Notes: generated by a model from the letters alone, not told the origin. Positions 9,075 through 18,527 are shown, counted from the first letter of the stretch. The stretch is 64,000 bases of DNA from an uncultured Methylomirabilota bacterium (GCA_963705305.1 OY970067.1:2496001-2560000), one strand, 5' to 3'. A program made the numbers and translations.

Positions 9075-9901
9075 GTGCTAAAACGCTGAGAGGGCTGCTG
9101 CGAACCACGAGCTTCTATGGGCTGGTGATCCTGGTGATGCTCCCCATGGCCTTCGTCTTCTACTGGATGATCACGCTGTCCCTGAAGCCGCAGGTCGAGG
9201 CCACGGCGTACCCGCCGAGCTTCTTCCACTTTTCGGTGACGCTGCAGGGATACGTCAAGGTCTTCAAGAGCCAGCCCTTTCTCCTCTACACCTGGAACAG
9301 CTTCGTGGTGGCCATGGGCTGCACCCTCCTGGGGCTGGCGACCGGCCTGCCGGCGGCCTACAGCATCGCCCGCTGGCGCCAACGGGGCCTGGCCCTCACC
9401 ATCCTGGTGGCCCGGATCGTCCCCGGCATCAGCTACCTGATCCCCTGGTACATCCTCTTCCGGAAGGTGGGGATGGTGGACACCTACCAGGCGCTGATCC
9501 TGACCCACCTGGTGGTGGGCCTCCCTATCATCATCTGGGTGATGATCGGTTTTTTCGAGGACATCCCGGCGGAGCTGGAGGACGCCGCCCTGATCGACGG
9601 CTGCTCCTACTACGGGGCGTTCTGGCGGGTGGCCCTTCCCCTGGTGAAGCCCGGGATCATGGCCACCAGCATCCTGAGCTTCATCTTCTCCTGGAACAAT
9701 TTCCTCTTCTCGGTCATCCTGGCCGGCCGCGTGACCCGCACCCTCCCCATCGCCGTGTTCAACATGATCAACTACGAGGAGATCAGCTGGGGCCCTCTGG
9801 CGGCGGCGGCCACCCTCATCACCCTCCCCGTCATCCTGCTCACGCTCCTGGTCCAGCGACACATTGTGACGGGGCTCACCTTCGGGGCTGTGAAGGGTTA
9901 A
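9071..9901 (+). CDS. Sugar ABC transporter permease
   Basis: ELEDAALIDGC EAA loop, FSWNNF, ends GLTFGAVKG. Confidence 0.92.
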   Translation: MSAKTLRGLLRTTSFYGLVILVMLPMAFVFYWMITLSLKPQVEATAYPPSFFHFSVTLQGYVKVFKSQPFLLYTWNSFVVAMGCTLLGLATGLPAAYSIARWRQRGLALTILVARIVPGISYLIPWYILFRKVGMVDTYQALILTHLVVGLPIIIWVMIGFFEDIPAELEDAALIDGCSYYGAFWRVALPLVKPGIMATSILSFIFSWNNFLFSVILAGRVTRTLPIAVFNMINYEEISWGPLAAAATLITLPVILLTLLVQRHIVTGLTFGAVKG

Positions 9902-9907
9902 GGGGAA

Positions 9908-10032
9908 GCGGTCAGCGATCAGCGGTCAGCGTCCTCGACAGTTATCTTGCGCGTGCGTTCATCAGCGTGTACGATCTGCAAAAGTGTGCACTGAGCAGAG
10001 GGCTGAATGCTGATCGCTGAAAACTGAGAGCT
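9908..10032. repeat. Inverted heptamer tandem repeats (TCAGCNN / NNGCTGA)
   Basis: GGTCAGCGATCAGCGGTCAGC ... GCTGAATGCTGATCGCTGAAAACTGA. Confidence 0.7.
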
Positions 10033-10036
10033 TATC

Positions 10037-10312
10037 ATGACGTTCCGCGAGTGGCTCGACGGCTGGCGACAATGGATCCGCGGCTTCCTGTACGGCATGG
10101 CCGTGTACGACGCGGTCATCATGTTCCGGAAGCAGCGGGCGGACCTGGAGCATCTCTTTGTCCTCATCGTGTTCGGCGACATTGTCGGTGTGCCCGTGAT
10201 TCCCCCGTATTACACGCTGCGGCTCTTACCCTACATCGTTCCCGCCGTCGGCAACTGGAAGCGGCGCATGCTTCGGGAAAAGGACCTCACCGACCTGGCA
10301 GGAGCGGGATGA
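10037..10312 (+). CDS. Small ArsA/CstA-associated-type protein, paralog 1
   Basis: LEHLFVLIVFGDIVGVPVIPPYYTLRLLPY...WKRRMLREKDLTD; clear paralog of 15376-15654. Confidence 0.8.
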   Translation: MTFREWLDGWRQWIRGFLYGMAVYDAVIMFRKQRADLEHLFVLIVFGDIVGVPVIPPYYTLRLLPYIVPAVGNWKRRMLREKDLTDLAGAG

Positions 10313-10418
10313 GGGTCCCATCCCTCCGGACGTTGCCGGCCGTGCCGATGCCTGACGCCGGAGCCCGCCGGATCGTCTCGGCAGACTGCCCGGAGGATGC
10401 CATGGGAGGCGCGACGCC

Positions 10419-11087
10419 ATGATGTCGAACTGGTCTATCGGAACCGACCTGGTATTGGCACTGGCTGCATTCTTGCTCCTCTGGTACGTGATTGGGATCC
10501 AGGTCAACCGGTATCGCGCCCGCACGCTGGTGCGGCAGATCCGGAGTTCCCTCCAGCCCTTCGGCGGGAACGCCACCATCCGTTGGATCGGGCGGAGCGC
10601 CTTTCGGATCGAAGTCGACCAGCCGGGACCCCCCTTCGGTCGGCTGAGCCTGAGCGTCCTCCTGGAGCCCCGGGAAACCTTCGTCCTGTGGGGAATCGGA
10701 CGCCTCTTCGGCCGGCGCGATTGGCTCCTGCTGAGCGCCACGCTCTCCGGGGCGGTCAAGGGCGCCTTCGAGGTCTATCATCCCAAGCGGCGCGGGGCCG
10801 CCGACAGCGCCCGCGAGATCCAGACCCTGGGGTGGGCCGCCGAGCCGCTTCCCGGGCGTCCGGAGCTCTTGTGTGCCGCGCCGGGATCGGCGGGGCGCAG
10901 CCTGGCCCAGGAGGCCATGAGCCTCGTCCGCGGCCTAAGCGTCTGGCGGGTGCGGGTTCGGCAAAAGGCGCCGCAGCTCACGGTGAGTCTCCCCATTCCG
11001 GCCGCCGAGACACGGGTTCCGCTCCCCATTTTCGGCCTCCTTCCGCAGCTCGCCAAGACCGTCGAGGCCCAGGGCGGACGACGCTGA
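10419..11087 (+). CDS. Membrane-anchored hypothetical protein
   Basis: Single N-terminal TM followed by GxxxNRxRA; GGAGG RBS. Confidence 0.7.
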   Translation: MMSNWSIGTDLVLALAAFLLLWYVIGIQVNRYRARTLVRQIRSSLQPFGGNATIRWIGRSAFRIEVDQPGPPFGRLSLSVLLEPRETFVLWGIGRLFGRRDWLLLSATLSGAVKGAFEVYHPKRRGAADSAREIQTLGWAAEPLPGRPELLCAAPGSAGRSLAQEAMSLVRGLSVWRVRVRQKAPQLTVSLPIPAAETRVPLPIFGLLPQLAKTVEAQGGRR

Positions 11088-11199
11088 CGCGTCATGCCGC
11101 GGCGCCGGGCGCGGGGAACGGCAGCGCGCGCGCGACCGCCCGGGAGTCCACAGGAAGCCGGCCGCCGTTCGGAAGGGTATGCAGGAAGGGAAGCGCGCG

Positions 11200-12270
11200 A
11201 TGCAGCTCGGCCTGGGTCTGTACCGGCACATGCTGACGACCGACAATTTTCGATTCGCTCGTCAGGCGGGCGCGACGCATATCGTGGCCCACCTGGTGGA
11301 CTACTTCAAGGAGGGACCGCGCCTGCCGGGGGCCAGCAGCCACGGCGGCGGCTGGGGCGTCTCGGACAACCGAGGTCGCCTGTGGACCGTCGAGGAGCTG
11401 GCGAGCCTGCGTGCCGCGATCCGGGCGGAAGGCCTGGAGCTGGCGGCCATCGAGAACTTCGACCCCTCCCATTGGTACGACATCCTGCTCGACGGACCGC
11501 GCAAGCAGGAGCAACTGCGGGACATCCAAGAACTCATCCGGCGCCTGGGTCGAGCCGGCATCCCCTGCATGGGGTACAACTTCAGCATTGCCGGCGTCTG
11601 GGGCCACGTGGTGGGGCCATTCGCGCGCGGCGGGGCGGAGTCGGTCGGCTTTCTGGGCCCCGACGGTCCGGCCGAGACCCTCATCCCGACAGGCATGGTG
11701 TGGAACATGGTCTACGATCCGAGCGCGCCGGCGGGGACGGTGGGGGCCGTGACCCACGAGCAGCTGTGGCAGCGCCTGCGGGATTTCCTGGAGGCCGTCG
11801 TCCCGGTGGCAGAGGATGCGGGCGTGCGCCTGGCCCTCCACCCGGATGATCCGCCCATGCCCACCCTGCGGGGGACGGCCCGGTTGGTCTACCAGCCGGA
11901 TTTCTACCAGCGGGTCCTCGACCTCAAAGCCAGCCCGGCCAACGGGATCGAGTTCTGCGCCGGCTCCGTGGCGGAGATGGCCGAAGGGAACGTTTACGAC
12001 GCCATTGATCGGTACAGCCGCCAGGGAAGAATCGGCTACGTCCATTTCCGGAACGTCAAAGGGAAGGTCCCCCGCTACTACGAAGTCTTCGTGGATGAGG
12101 GGGACGTGGACATGATCCGGATCCTGCGTATTCTCCGAAAGAACGGCTATGACGGCGTGCTGATCCCCGACCACACCCCCCAGATGACCTGTGAGGCCCC
12201 GTGGCATGCCGGGATGGCCTTCGCCCTGGGGTACATGCGGGGGGTGCTGACCCTCATCGAGGCGGAGTGA
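11200..12270 (+). CDS. uxuA: Mannonate dehydratase
   Basis: CMGYNFS, LALHPDDPP, YVHFRNV, LIPDHTP, FALGYMRG motifs. Confidence 0.9.
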   Translation: MQLGLGLYRHMLTTDNFRFARQAGATHIVAHLVDYFKEGPRLPGASSHGGGWGVSDNRGRLWTVEELASLRAAIRAEGLELAAIENFDPSHWYDILLDGPRKQEQLRDIQELIRRLGRAGIPCMGYNFSIAGVWGHVVGPFARGGAESVGFLGPDGPAETLIPTGMVWNMVYDPSAPAGTVGAVTHEQLWQRLRDFLEAVVPVAEDAGVRLALHPDDPPMPTLRGTARLVYQPDFYQRVLDLKASPANGIEFCAGSVAEMAEGNVYDAIDRYSRQGRIGYVHFRNVKGKVPRYYEVFVDEGDVDMIRILRILRKNGYDGVLIPDHTPQMTCEAPWHAGMAFALGYMRGVLTLIEAE

Positions 12271-12271
12271 G

Positions 12272-13033
12272 ATGAGCACGGACGCGTTTCGCTTGGACGG
12301 ACAGTTGGCCCTGGTCACCGGAGGAGGCAGCGGGTTGGGTTTCGGGATCTGCCAGGCACTGCTCGAGACGGGGGCCCGCGTCGTCCTGACGGGGCGCCGC
12401 GAGGAGGTCCTCGAGCGGGCCTGCCGGCAGCTCGGGGAGGGCGCCGGCTTCATTCCGCACGACGTGACGGATCTCGCCGCAGCCCCGGAATTCGTGGCGA
12501 AGGTGGAGGCGCGCTTCGGGCCGCTGGATATCCTGGTGAACAACGCCGGAAACTACCTCAAGAAGCCGGCAGTGGAGACCGCCGACGGCGAGCTGTTGAG
12601 CGTCCTCCAGACCCACCTGGTGGGCGCCTTCGTCCTCTGCCGCGAGTGCGGCCGGCGCATGGTCGCGCGGCAGCGAGGCGCCATCCTCATGATCGTCTCC
12701 ATGGCTTCCCACTTCGGCATCCCCGCCGTGGCGGCCTACACGGCGGCCAAGGGGGGCCTGCACGCCCTCACCCGGGCGCTGGCCGTGGAGCTGTCGCCCC
12801 ACGGCGTCCGGGTGAACGCCATCGCGCCCGGCTGGTTCGACACCGCGCTGAACCGGAAGGCCTTCGACGCCGACCCGGCGCGGCTCCGGAAGATCCTTGA
12901 CCGGACGCCGCTGGGACGGGTGGGGGAGCCGCTGGATGTGGGGCGTGCGGCAGTGTATCTGTGCTCTCCCGCCGCCAAGTTCGTGACGGGCGTTGTCCTG
13001 CCGGTGGACGGGGGGGCCAGCATCGGCTTCTAA
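12272..13033 (+). CDS. SDR oxidoreductase (gluconate 5-dehydrogenase/KduD-like)
   Basis: TGGGSGLG, NNAG, YTAAK, VNAIAPG motifs. Confidence 0.88.
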   Translation: MSTDAFRLDGQLALVTGGGSGLGFGICQALLETGARVVLTGRREEVLERACRQLGEGAGFIPHDVTDLAAAPEFVAKVEARFGPLDILVNNAGNYLKKPAVETADGELLSVLQTHLVGAFVLCRECGRRMVARQRGAILMIVSMASHFGIPAVAAYTAAKGGLHALTRALAVELSPHGVRVNAIAPGWFDTALNRKAFDADPARLRKILDRTPLGRVGEPLDVGRAAVYLCSPAAKFVTGVVLPVDGGASIGF

Positions 13034-13210
13034 CAGGCTGCTGAAAAAGCCCCATCTGCGGTGACCCAGCCTTTGGCCGGGTACCCCGCCCGCTCGGGCA
13101 CTCCTTGCGGCGTACCGGAAGTAGGCCTCACTCGGCCCTTTGCGGACCGCCTTGCATCTGGGCCTTTTTGAGCAGCCTCAGTGAAAGCGAATTTTTCAGC
13201 ACCCTCCTAG
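13031..13210. repeat. MITE-like repeat copy B
   Basis: TAACAGGCTGCTGAAAAA...TTTTTCAGCACCCTCCTAG; begins on SDR stop codon. Confidence 0.8.
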
Positions 13211-13234
13211 CCGGCTGCGAGGGACCCCCAAAAC

Positions 13235-13270
13235 AGCCGAGCGGCCCGCCAGGGGCCGCTCGCTCGGTTG
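13235..13270. terminator. Hairpin between convergent genes
   Basis: GAGCGGCCC...GGGCCGCTC stem. Confidence 0.4.
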
Positions 13271-13305
13271 CAACTCTTCGTGGATGGCCGACGGCTTTGG
13301 GCCGG

Positions 13306-14301
13306 CTATGCGTACAGCGCCGCGGCCGTCCGCTGCAGCATCTCGACGCCGCGTATCTCGGTCTCGTAGAGGGGCAGGACGGCGCGCACCATGCCGGCGA
13401 AGACTTGCTCGATCTCCTGCATGTAGGCATCCTGCATGGCCACCCGGTTGCGGACGAACTCCGGCGAGTCCGGCTTCACCTGCCGCTTGTCGATCAGCAT
13501 GTTGACCACGACCCCGCCGACGGGAATGCCGAACTCCTTGAACCAGGCGATGAACCGGGTGATGACCGCGATGGGAAGCGCCTCGGGCAGCGTGACGAAG
13601 AAGAAGGCGGTCTTCTCTTTGTCGGTGAGCAGTTCCTTGGCGTGGCCCATCCGCTTCTGGAAGGACAGGAGGTAGTCCATCAAGGGGTCCTTCTCCTCCT
13701 TCTTCTTGCTGTAGGAGAGGACCTGGCGGAGCGACTGGGCCTCTTCCCGGCTCTTCATCATCTTGCCGACCCACAGCGAGTAGACCGAGGACATGCCCAG
13801 CAGCCGGCGGGCGTTGGCCGTGGGGGCAGTGTCGAAGACGTAGACCTCGTACTCGTCCTTGAACATGAGGTCGATCATGTTCTCGAACATGGCCGATTCC
13901 TCGAAGGCCGGGTTCATGGTGGCGGACTCCACGAAGGCGTCCGCCTGGGTCCGGATCTCGGCGAACTTGAGGAACCAGCTGACTTTTTCTTTGATCTCCT
14001 GCTTGGACTTCTCGATGGTGTCCTTGGTGTCGATCTCGTACGCGAAGAGGTTGGGTACTCCCTTCACCTGGACTGCTTGACCGAACACGTTTTGGTCCAG
14101 CAGGCCGCTCAAGCTGTGGACCGGGTTGGTGGAGGCCAGGAGCGTCCGCTTGCCGAGCTGGGCATAGGCCACGGCGGCCGCGCCGGCAAGAACCGTCTTG
14201 CCCACGCCGCCCTTGCCGCCGAAGAAGTTGTACTTCAACTGGGAATGCTTGGCGAAAAAGCCCTGCATGCTCTCGTGGACCAACGGATGGGTCTGGATCA
14301 T
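13306..14301 (-). CDS. ArsA/Get3 family ATPase 2 (Switch I D to N)
   Basis: GKGGVGKT P-loop, STNPVHSL, DTAPTAN, VVVN; no Cys. Confidence 0.92.
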   Translation of the reverse strand: MIQTHPLVHESMQGFFAKHSQLKYNFFGGKGGVGKTVLAGAAAVAYAQLGKRTLLASTNPVHSLSGLLDQNVFGQAVQVKGVPNLFAYEIDTKDTIEKSKQEIKEKVSWFLKFAEIRTQADAFVESATMNPAFEESAMFENMIDLMFKDEYEVYVFDTAPTANARRLLGMSSVYSLWVGKMMKSREEAQSLRQVLSYSKKKEEKDPLMDYLLSFQKRMGHAKELLTDKEKTAFFFVTLPEALPIAVITRFIAWFKEFGIPVGGVVVNMLIDKRQVKPDSPEFVRNRVAMQDAYMQEIEQVFAGMVRAVLPLYETEIRGVEMLQRTAAALYA

Positions 14302-14330
14302 TGGCGCACACCCCCCGCGGCAGGACCGGC

Positions 14331-15317
14331 CTAGCGGCTCGGCCCGAACAGCGCGTCGGCCATCTTCTCGATCATGGGGAGTCCGGTGATATCGCGCTCG
14401 AACTCGGGAATCCGGGCCATGACCTCGCTACCAAACAGCTCATCGATCTTCTCCAGGTATCCCTTCTGCATCTGGAGACGGTTCTTGAGATACTCGGGGA
14501 TGTCCTGGCTGGCCAGGCTCTCGGGGATCACCCGGTTCACGATGTAGCCGGAGAGCGGCACGTTGAATTTGGCGAAGAGCTGGGCCGCCTTTTGGGTATC
14601 GATCAGGATCATCTCCTCTGGGATGACCACGAAGAAGAAGGCGGTTTTCTCCCGGTCGGTCAGGATGCTGGAGGAGGTGCCGATCCGGTACTTGATGTAC
14701 TGGAGCTCCTTGAGGATCATGTCCTCTTCGACTTCCTTGTCCCGGGAGATGGCGGCCGCCATCTCCTCGTACTGCCGCATGTCCTCGCGGAGCTTGGTGA
14801 TGCGCTCGATCCACTCGTCGTAGACGCTGGCCATGGACAGGTAGTAGAGGGCGTGTCCCAGCGGGACCAGGTCGTAGATGTAATAGTCGTACTTCCCGGC
14901 CACCACGATATCCACGACCTCGTCGAAGATCGCGCTCTCCTCCATGGCGGGCTCGGCCGCCGCGGCCTGGATGTAGCTCTCGATCTCGTCCGGGATCTTG
15001 TCGAAGCCGTACATGTCGAAGATCTTCTTGCGGATCTCCTCCTGGTAGGCCTTGATCCGCGAGTCGGCGTCGATCTCCTGGGCGAAGAGGTTGGGCATGA
15101 TCTCCACCGCCCCCTTCCCGAAGATGTCCCGCTGGAAGATGTCGGAGAGGGAGGCCTGGGGATCCACGGAGAAGACCAGGACCCGCTGGCCCTGCTTGGC
15201 CAGCCAGTAGGCGGTGGCGGCGGAGAAGGTGGTCTTGCCCAACCCGCCTTTGCCGCCAAACATGATGTAGCGCCGGTTCGGGTGTTCCTTGAAGATCCGG
15301 CCGAGTCCCGCGTTCAT
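14331..15317 (-). CDS. ArsA/Get3 family ATPase 1 (degenerate Switch II)
   Basis: GKGGLGKTT, SVDPQASLSD, DLVPLGH, IVNRV; no Cys. Confidence 0.92.
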   Translation of the reverse strand: MNAGLGRIFKEHPNRRYIMFGGKGGLGKTTFSAATAYWLAKQGQRVLVFSVDPQASLSDIFQRDIFGKGAVEIMPNLFAQEIDADSRIKAYQEEIRKKIFDMYGFDKIPDEIESYIQAAAAEPAMEESAIFDEVVDIVVAGKYDYYIYDLVPLGHALYYLSMASVYDEWIERITKLREDMRQYEEMAAAISRDKEVEEDMILKELQYIKYRIGTSSSILTDREKTAFFFVVIPEEMILIDTQKAAQLFAKFNVPLSGYIVNRVIPESLASQDIPEYLKNRLQMQKGYLEKIDELFGSEVMARIPEFERDITGLPMIEKMADALFGPSR

Positions 15318-15375
15318 GGGGAATCCTTTCCGCGTCCGGGGCGCACCGGACGTTCTCAGCGTCCGTGGCAGCCGC

Positions 15376-15654
15376 CTAGGCCAGGGCGTCGGTCAGGTCT
15401 TTCTCGCGGAGCATGCGCCGCTTCCAGGTCGAGATCTGCGGCACGACGTATGGAAGCAGGCGGAGGGAGTAGTAGGGGGGCAGGATGGGGACCCCGAGGA
15501 GATCCCCCATGGTGATAAGGATGAAGAGGTGCTCCATGCTGCCGCGCGTCTTCAGGGCCTGGCGCGTCATCTCGTGGGCGGCCATCCCATAGACGTAGTC
15601 CTTGAACTTCTGCTTGAACGAGCCGAAGAAGCCCTGCTTCTCTTCCGTGCTCAT
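15376..15654 (-). CDS. Small ArsA/CstA-associated-type protein, paralog 2
   Basis: MEHLFILITMGDLLGVPILPPYYSLRLLPY...WKRRMLREKDLTD; directly upstream of ArsA pair. Confidence 0.82.
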   Translation of the reverse strand: MSTEEKQGFFGSFKQKFKDYVYGMAAHEMTRQALKTRGSMEHLFILITMGDLLGVPILPPYYSLRLLPYVVPQISTWKRRMLREKDLTDALA

Positions 15655-15810
15655 GGCGACCTCTCTCCCCTCCGAGCGTTGGCTGGGTTCCAGACGACTC
15701 GGCCAAAAACCCTACCTCATATCCCTCTGGATTGCAAGTTCCATCTCCATGTGGGCCGGGTCGACCTCCGCCGGTCCGGCCGCCCGTCGCTCCCGGCAGG
15801 TGCGGTGCGG

Positions 15811-16920
15811 TCAAGCTTCCGAGAGGCTGCCGTTGGTTCTGCCCGCGAGAGGCCGGGCGGGCAGACCAGGGAGCTGATTGAGCGCGTCGATGAGCTGCCG
15901 CAACCGCCCGGCATCCCGGCGGTTGAACTTGAGGGCGAGCCGCGGGAGGTCCGCTAGGTCGGGCTCCTCCGCCTCTTCGGGGAGCGCGGGCTCCACGGTC
16001 AATTCGCCGTCCAGCAGGATGTCCCGAAACAGCCGGTTGAGGCGGGCCAGCTCGGCCGGGGCGGGCGCCTGCTGAAGACGCAGCACCAGCAGCTCCCCGA
16101 CATAGCGGCTGGAATGGTAGTTCCGGTAGAAGCCGGTGATCTCGGCGACCGCCGTCTCCACGCGGTCCGTCACGAGGTACAGGGACACGTCCTCGGGGGC
16201 GATCAGGCCGCGGGCCACCAGGACGTCCCGCACGTACCGATCCCATGCCCGCCAGTAGTCCCCGCCGGGCCGGTCGATGCAGACGACCGGCAGGGGAGTG
16301 CTCTTCCCGGTCTGGATCATGGTCAGAATCTCGAAGGTCTCGTCCAGGGTGCCGAACCCTCCGGGGAAGAGGGCCAGGGCGTCGGCCTCCTTCAGGAAGA
16401 TCAACTTGCGGGTGAAGAAATAGCGGAAAGTGATAAGCTTGGGATCGTTCTGGATGACGGTGTTGGCCTGCTGCTCGAACGGGAGGCGGATGTTGACGCC
16501 GAAGCTGTGTTTTCGTCCGGCCCCGTCCTGGCCGGCCTTCATGATCCCGTCCCCGGCACCCGTGATCACCATCCATCCCCGGTCGCAGATCGCACGCGCG
16601 AAGTCCCGGGCCGCATGGTACTCGGGCTGGTCCTCCGGCAGCCGGGCCGACCCGAACATCGTCACCTTCTGGATTCCGCGGTAGGGAGCGAAGACCTTGA
16701 AGGCATAGACCAGCTCCCGCAGCGCGGCGTTCAGGATCTTGATGTCGCCCCGGCTGGCCTGGTTGTGGATCAGGCGGAGCACACTGTGCAGCATCTCCTG
16801 CAGGAACGCCGTGTGGGGGGAGCCGCCGGCCGCCTCCAGCAGCTGGTCGATCAGCACATCGATCTCGCCGTTTCGCCCGGAGGGGGAGGGCGCGAGATGC
16901 CTCGTCTGCTTTTCCTTCAT
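15811..16920 (-). CDS. LOG family (nucleotide phosphoribohydrolase-like) protein
   Basis: FGSAR, ITGAGDGIM, YFFTRK, FPGGFGTLDE motifs. Confidence 0.88.
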   Translation of the reverse strand: MKEKQTRHLAPSPSGRNGEIDVLIDQLLEAAGGSPHTAFLQEMLHSVLRLIHNQASRGDIKILNAALRELVYAFKVFAPYRGIQKVTMFGSARLPEDQPEYHAARDFARAICDRGWMVITGAGDGIMKAGQDGAGRKHSFGVNIRLPFEQQANTVIQNDPKLITFRYFFTRKLIFLKEADALALFPGGFGTLDETFEILTMIQTGKSTPLPVVCIDRPGGDYWRAWDRYVRDVLVARGLIAPEDVSLYLVTDRVETAVAEITGFYRNYHSSRYVGELLVLRLQQAPAPAELARLNRLFRDILLDGELTVEPALPEEAEEPDLADLPRLALKFNRRDAGRLRQLIDALNQLPGLPARPLAGRTNGSLSEA

Positions 16921-16957
16921 GACACTCCCTTTGCCGATGGTACCGTGTGCACGGGGG

Positions 16958-17932
16958 TTATGCGGGCGTCGCTGCCGGCGGGACAGGTTCCGGCCCCCCG
17001 CACCCCAGGACCCGCCGGGTAAACAGCTGCAGCATGCGGAGCGCGTCCACCTCGACGGCGACTTCCGCCGTGGCGGCGGGCCGGGATCGCCGTCGCCGGT
17101 CGACCACGACCATGCCTGCGGTCAGCTCGCCCCGGCGCTCGACGGCGACAGGCATCGGCTCGTAGCGGACCAGTGAGGGGTCCACGACGCTGGCCACCGC
17201 CAGCGGATCGTGCAGGAACATGCCCTCCAGGCCCTCCTTGTCCCGATGAAAATCGAAGGTGGCCCGGGTCATGCTCCCGATGAAGGCGGCGAGCGGGCTC
17301 TTGCCGGCGGCGGCTTCCACAACTGTGCGAGAGAGAACCACCTGCTCGGTCACATCCAGTGGGATCAGTCGCACAGGAAGCCCCGCGGCGAGGACCGCCG
17401 CGGCCGCATCCGGATCGGCCGCAAAATTGAACTCCGCCAGCGGGCTGACATTCCCCGGGACGCGGACCGCGCCCCCCATGATCGTGAGGCCGCCGAGCAA
17501 CCGCATGGTCTGGGGATCCCGCTGCACGGCCATGGCCACGTTGGTCAAGGGGGCCGTGGCCACCAGCGTCAGCTCTCCGGGCCAGCGGCGGATGGCCCGC
17601 AGCAGGAAATCGACCGCCCCGCTGTCCGCCCGTCGAGCGGGAACGGGAAACTGCCGGCTGACATTTCCCAGGCCGTCGGACCCGTGCACCTCGGCTGCCC
17701 TGAGCGGCGCCCCGCGCAACGGGTCGGCGGCCCCGCTCACCACGGGAATGGCCTGGGCCCCCATGAGATCCAGTACCAAGAGGGTGTTCCGGGTCGTCTG
17801 ATCGACGGGGGCATTCCCGCTGACCGTGCTGATGCCCCGGACTTCGATCTCGGGCGAGCGAAGGGCCAGGATGATGGCGAGGGCGTCGTCCACACCCGTA
17901 TCGACATCCAGCAGAAGCGGACGTGCCGCCAT
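16958..17932 (-). CDS. Nucleoside hydrolase (IU-NH family)
   Basis: DVDTGVDDA, VHGSDGLG, AEFNFAADP, LHDPL motifs. Confidence 0.93.
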   Translation of the reverse strand: MAARPLLLDVDTGVDDALAIILALRSPEIEVRGISTVSGNAPVDQTTRNTLLVLDLMGAQAIPVVSGAADPLRGAPLRAAEVHGSDGLGNVSRQFPVPARRADSGAVDFLLRAIRRWPGELTLVATAPLTNVAMAVQRDPQTMRLLGGLTIMGGAVRVPGNVSPLAEFNFAADPDAAAAVLAAGLPVRLIPLDVTEQVVLSRTVVEAAAGKSPLAAFIGSMTRATFDFHRDKEGLEGMFLHDPLAVASVVDPSLVRYEPMPVAVERRGELTAGMVVVDRRRRSRPAATAEVAVEVDALRMLQLFTRRVLGCGGPEPVPPAATPA

Positions 17933-18136
17933 AGTGCCCTCAGTCACCGGGTCTGGCAATGTCGGGCAATACCCGCCTGCATCCCATGGCAGGGGGCGGC
18001 ATCGCCCCGAGCCGCAGAGTTGCTCGCCCCCCAAGGCCGCGCATCTTCTCGTCCGTCACAACTGATCTCTGAGGGAAAGGAAGGACTGCCGCCGCGAAAG
18101 ACACGGAAGCACCGAGGGACGGGAGTCGAGGGCCGA

Positions 18137-18382
18137 TCAATTCTGCTCGATCGATTCCAGGGCGCGGGCCAGATCCTCTTTGATGCGGACGTTGATCTTC
18201 AGCCGGTTCAGAAGATCGGGCTGGTGTGTGGCCAGGAACTCCAGCAGCGCGGCAGCATCCAGGGGCGCCGACCGGGACTGCGTGTCAAGGATCCAGTCGG
18301 TGAGGGAATCCTTATACGAGCGCCGGACCTCGGGATCCTGGTAGATGAGATCGAGGATGCGTTGCGCCAGGGGTTCGTTCAC
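18137..18382 (-). CDS. Hypothetical protein (81 aa)
   Basis: GTG start with GGAGG RBS; helical, protein-like composition. Confidence 0.6.
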   Translation of the reverse strand: MNEPLAQRILDLIYQDPEVRRSYKDSLTDWILDTQSRSAPLDAAALLEFLATHQPDLLNRLKINVRIKEDLARALESIEQN

Positions 18383-18527
18383 GGGCTGCCTCCCTTATAT
18401 TCCAGGAGGAGTATAGCAGGCGGGAACGGCTCTGGCAAGTCGTCCGGACCCGCCCTAATCTCCGGCTAAGAAGTTGAGGGGGATCGCGAATCACGCAGCG
18501 GCCCGCAGTGCGCGCGGCCCGCGGGGT

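Noticed and set aside
13306..15317. Arsenic resistance operon
   Set aside because: No arsB/acr3/arsC/arsD/arsR nearby, and both ATPases lack cysteines.
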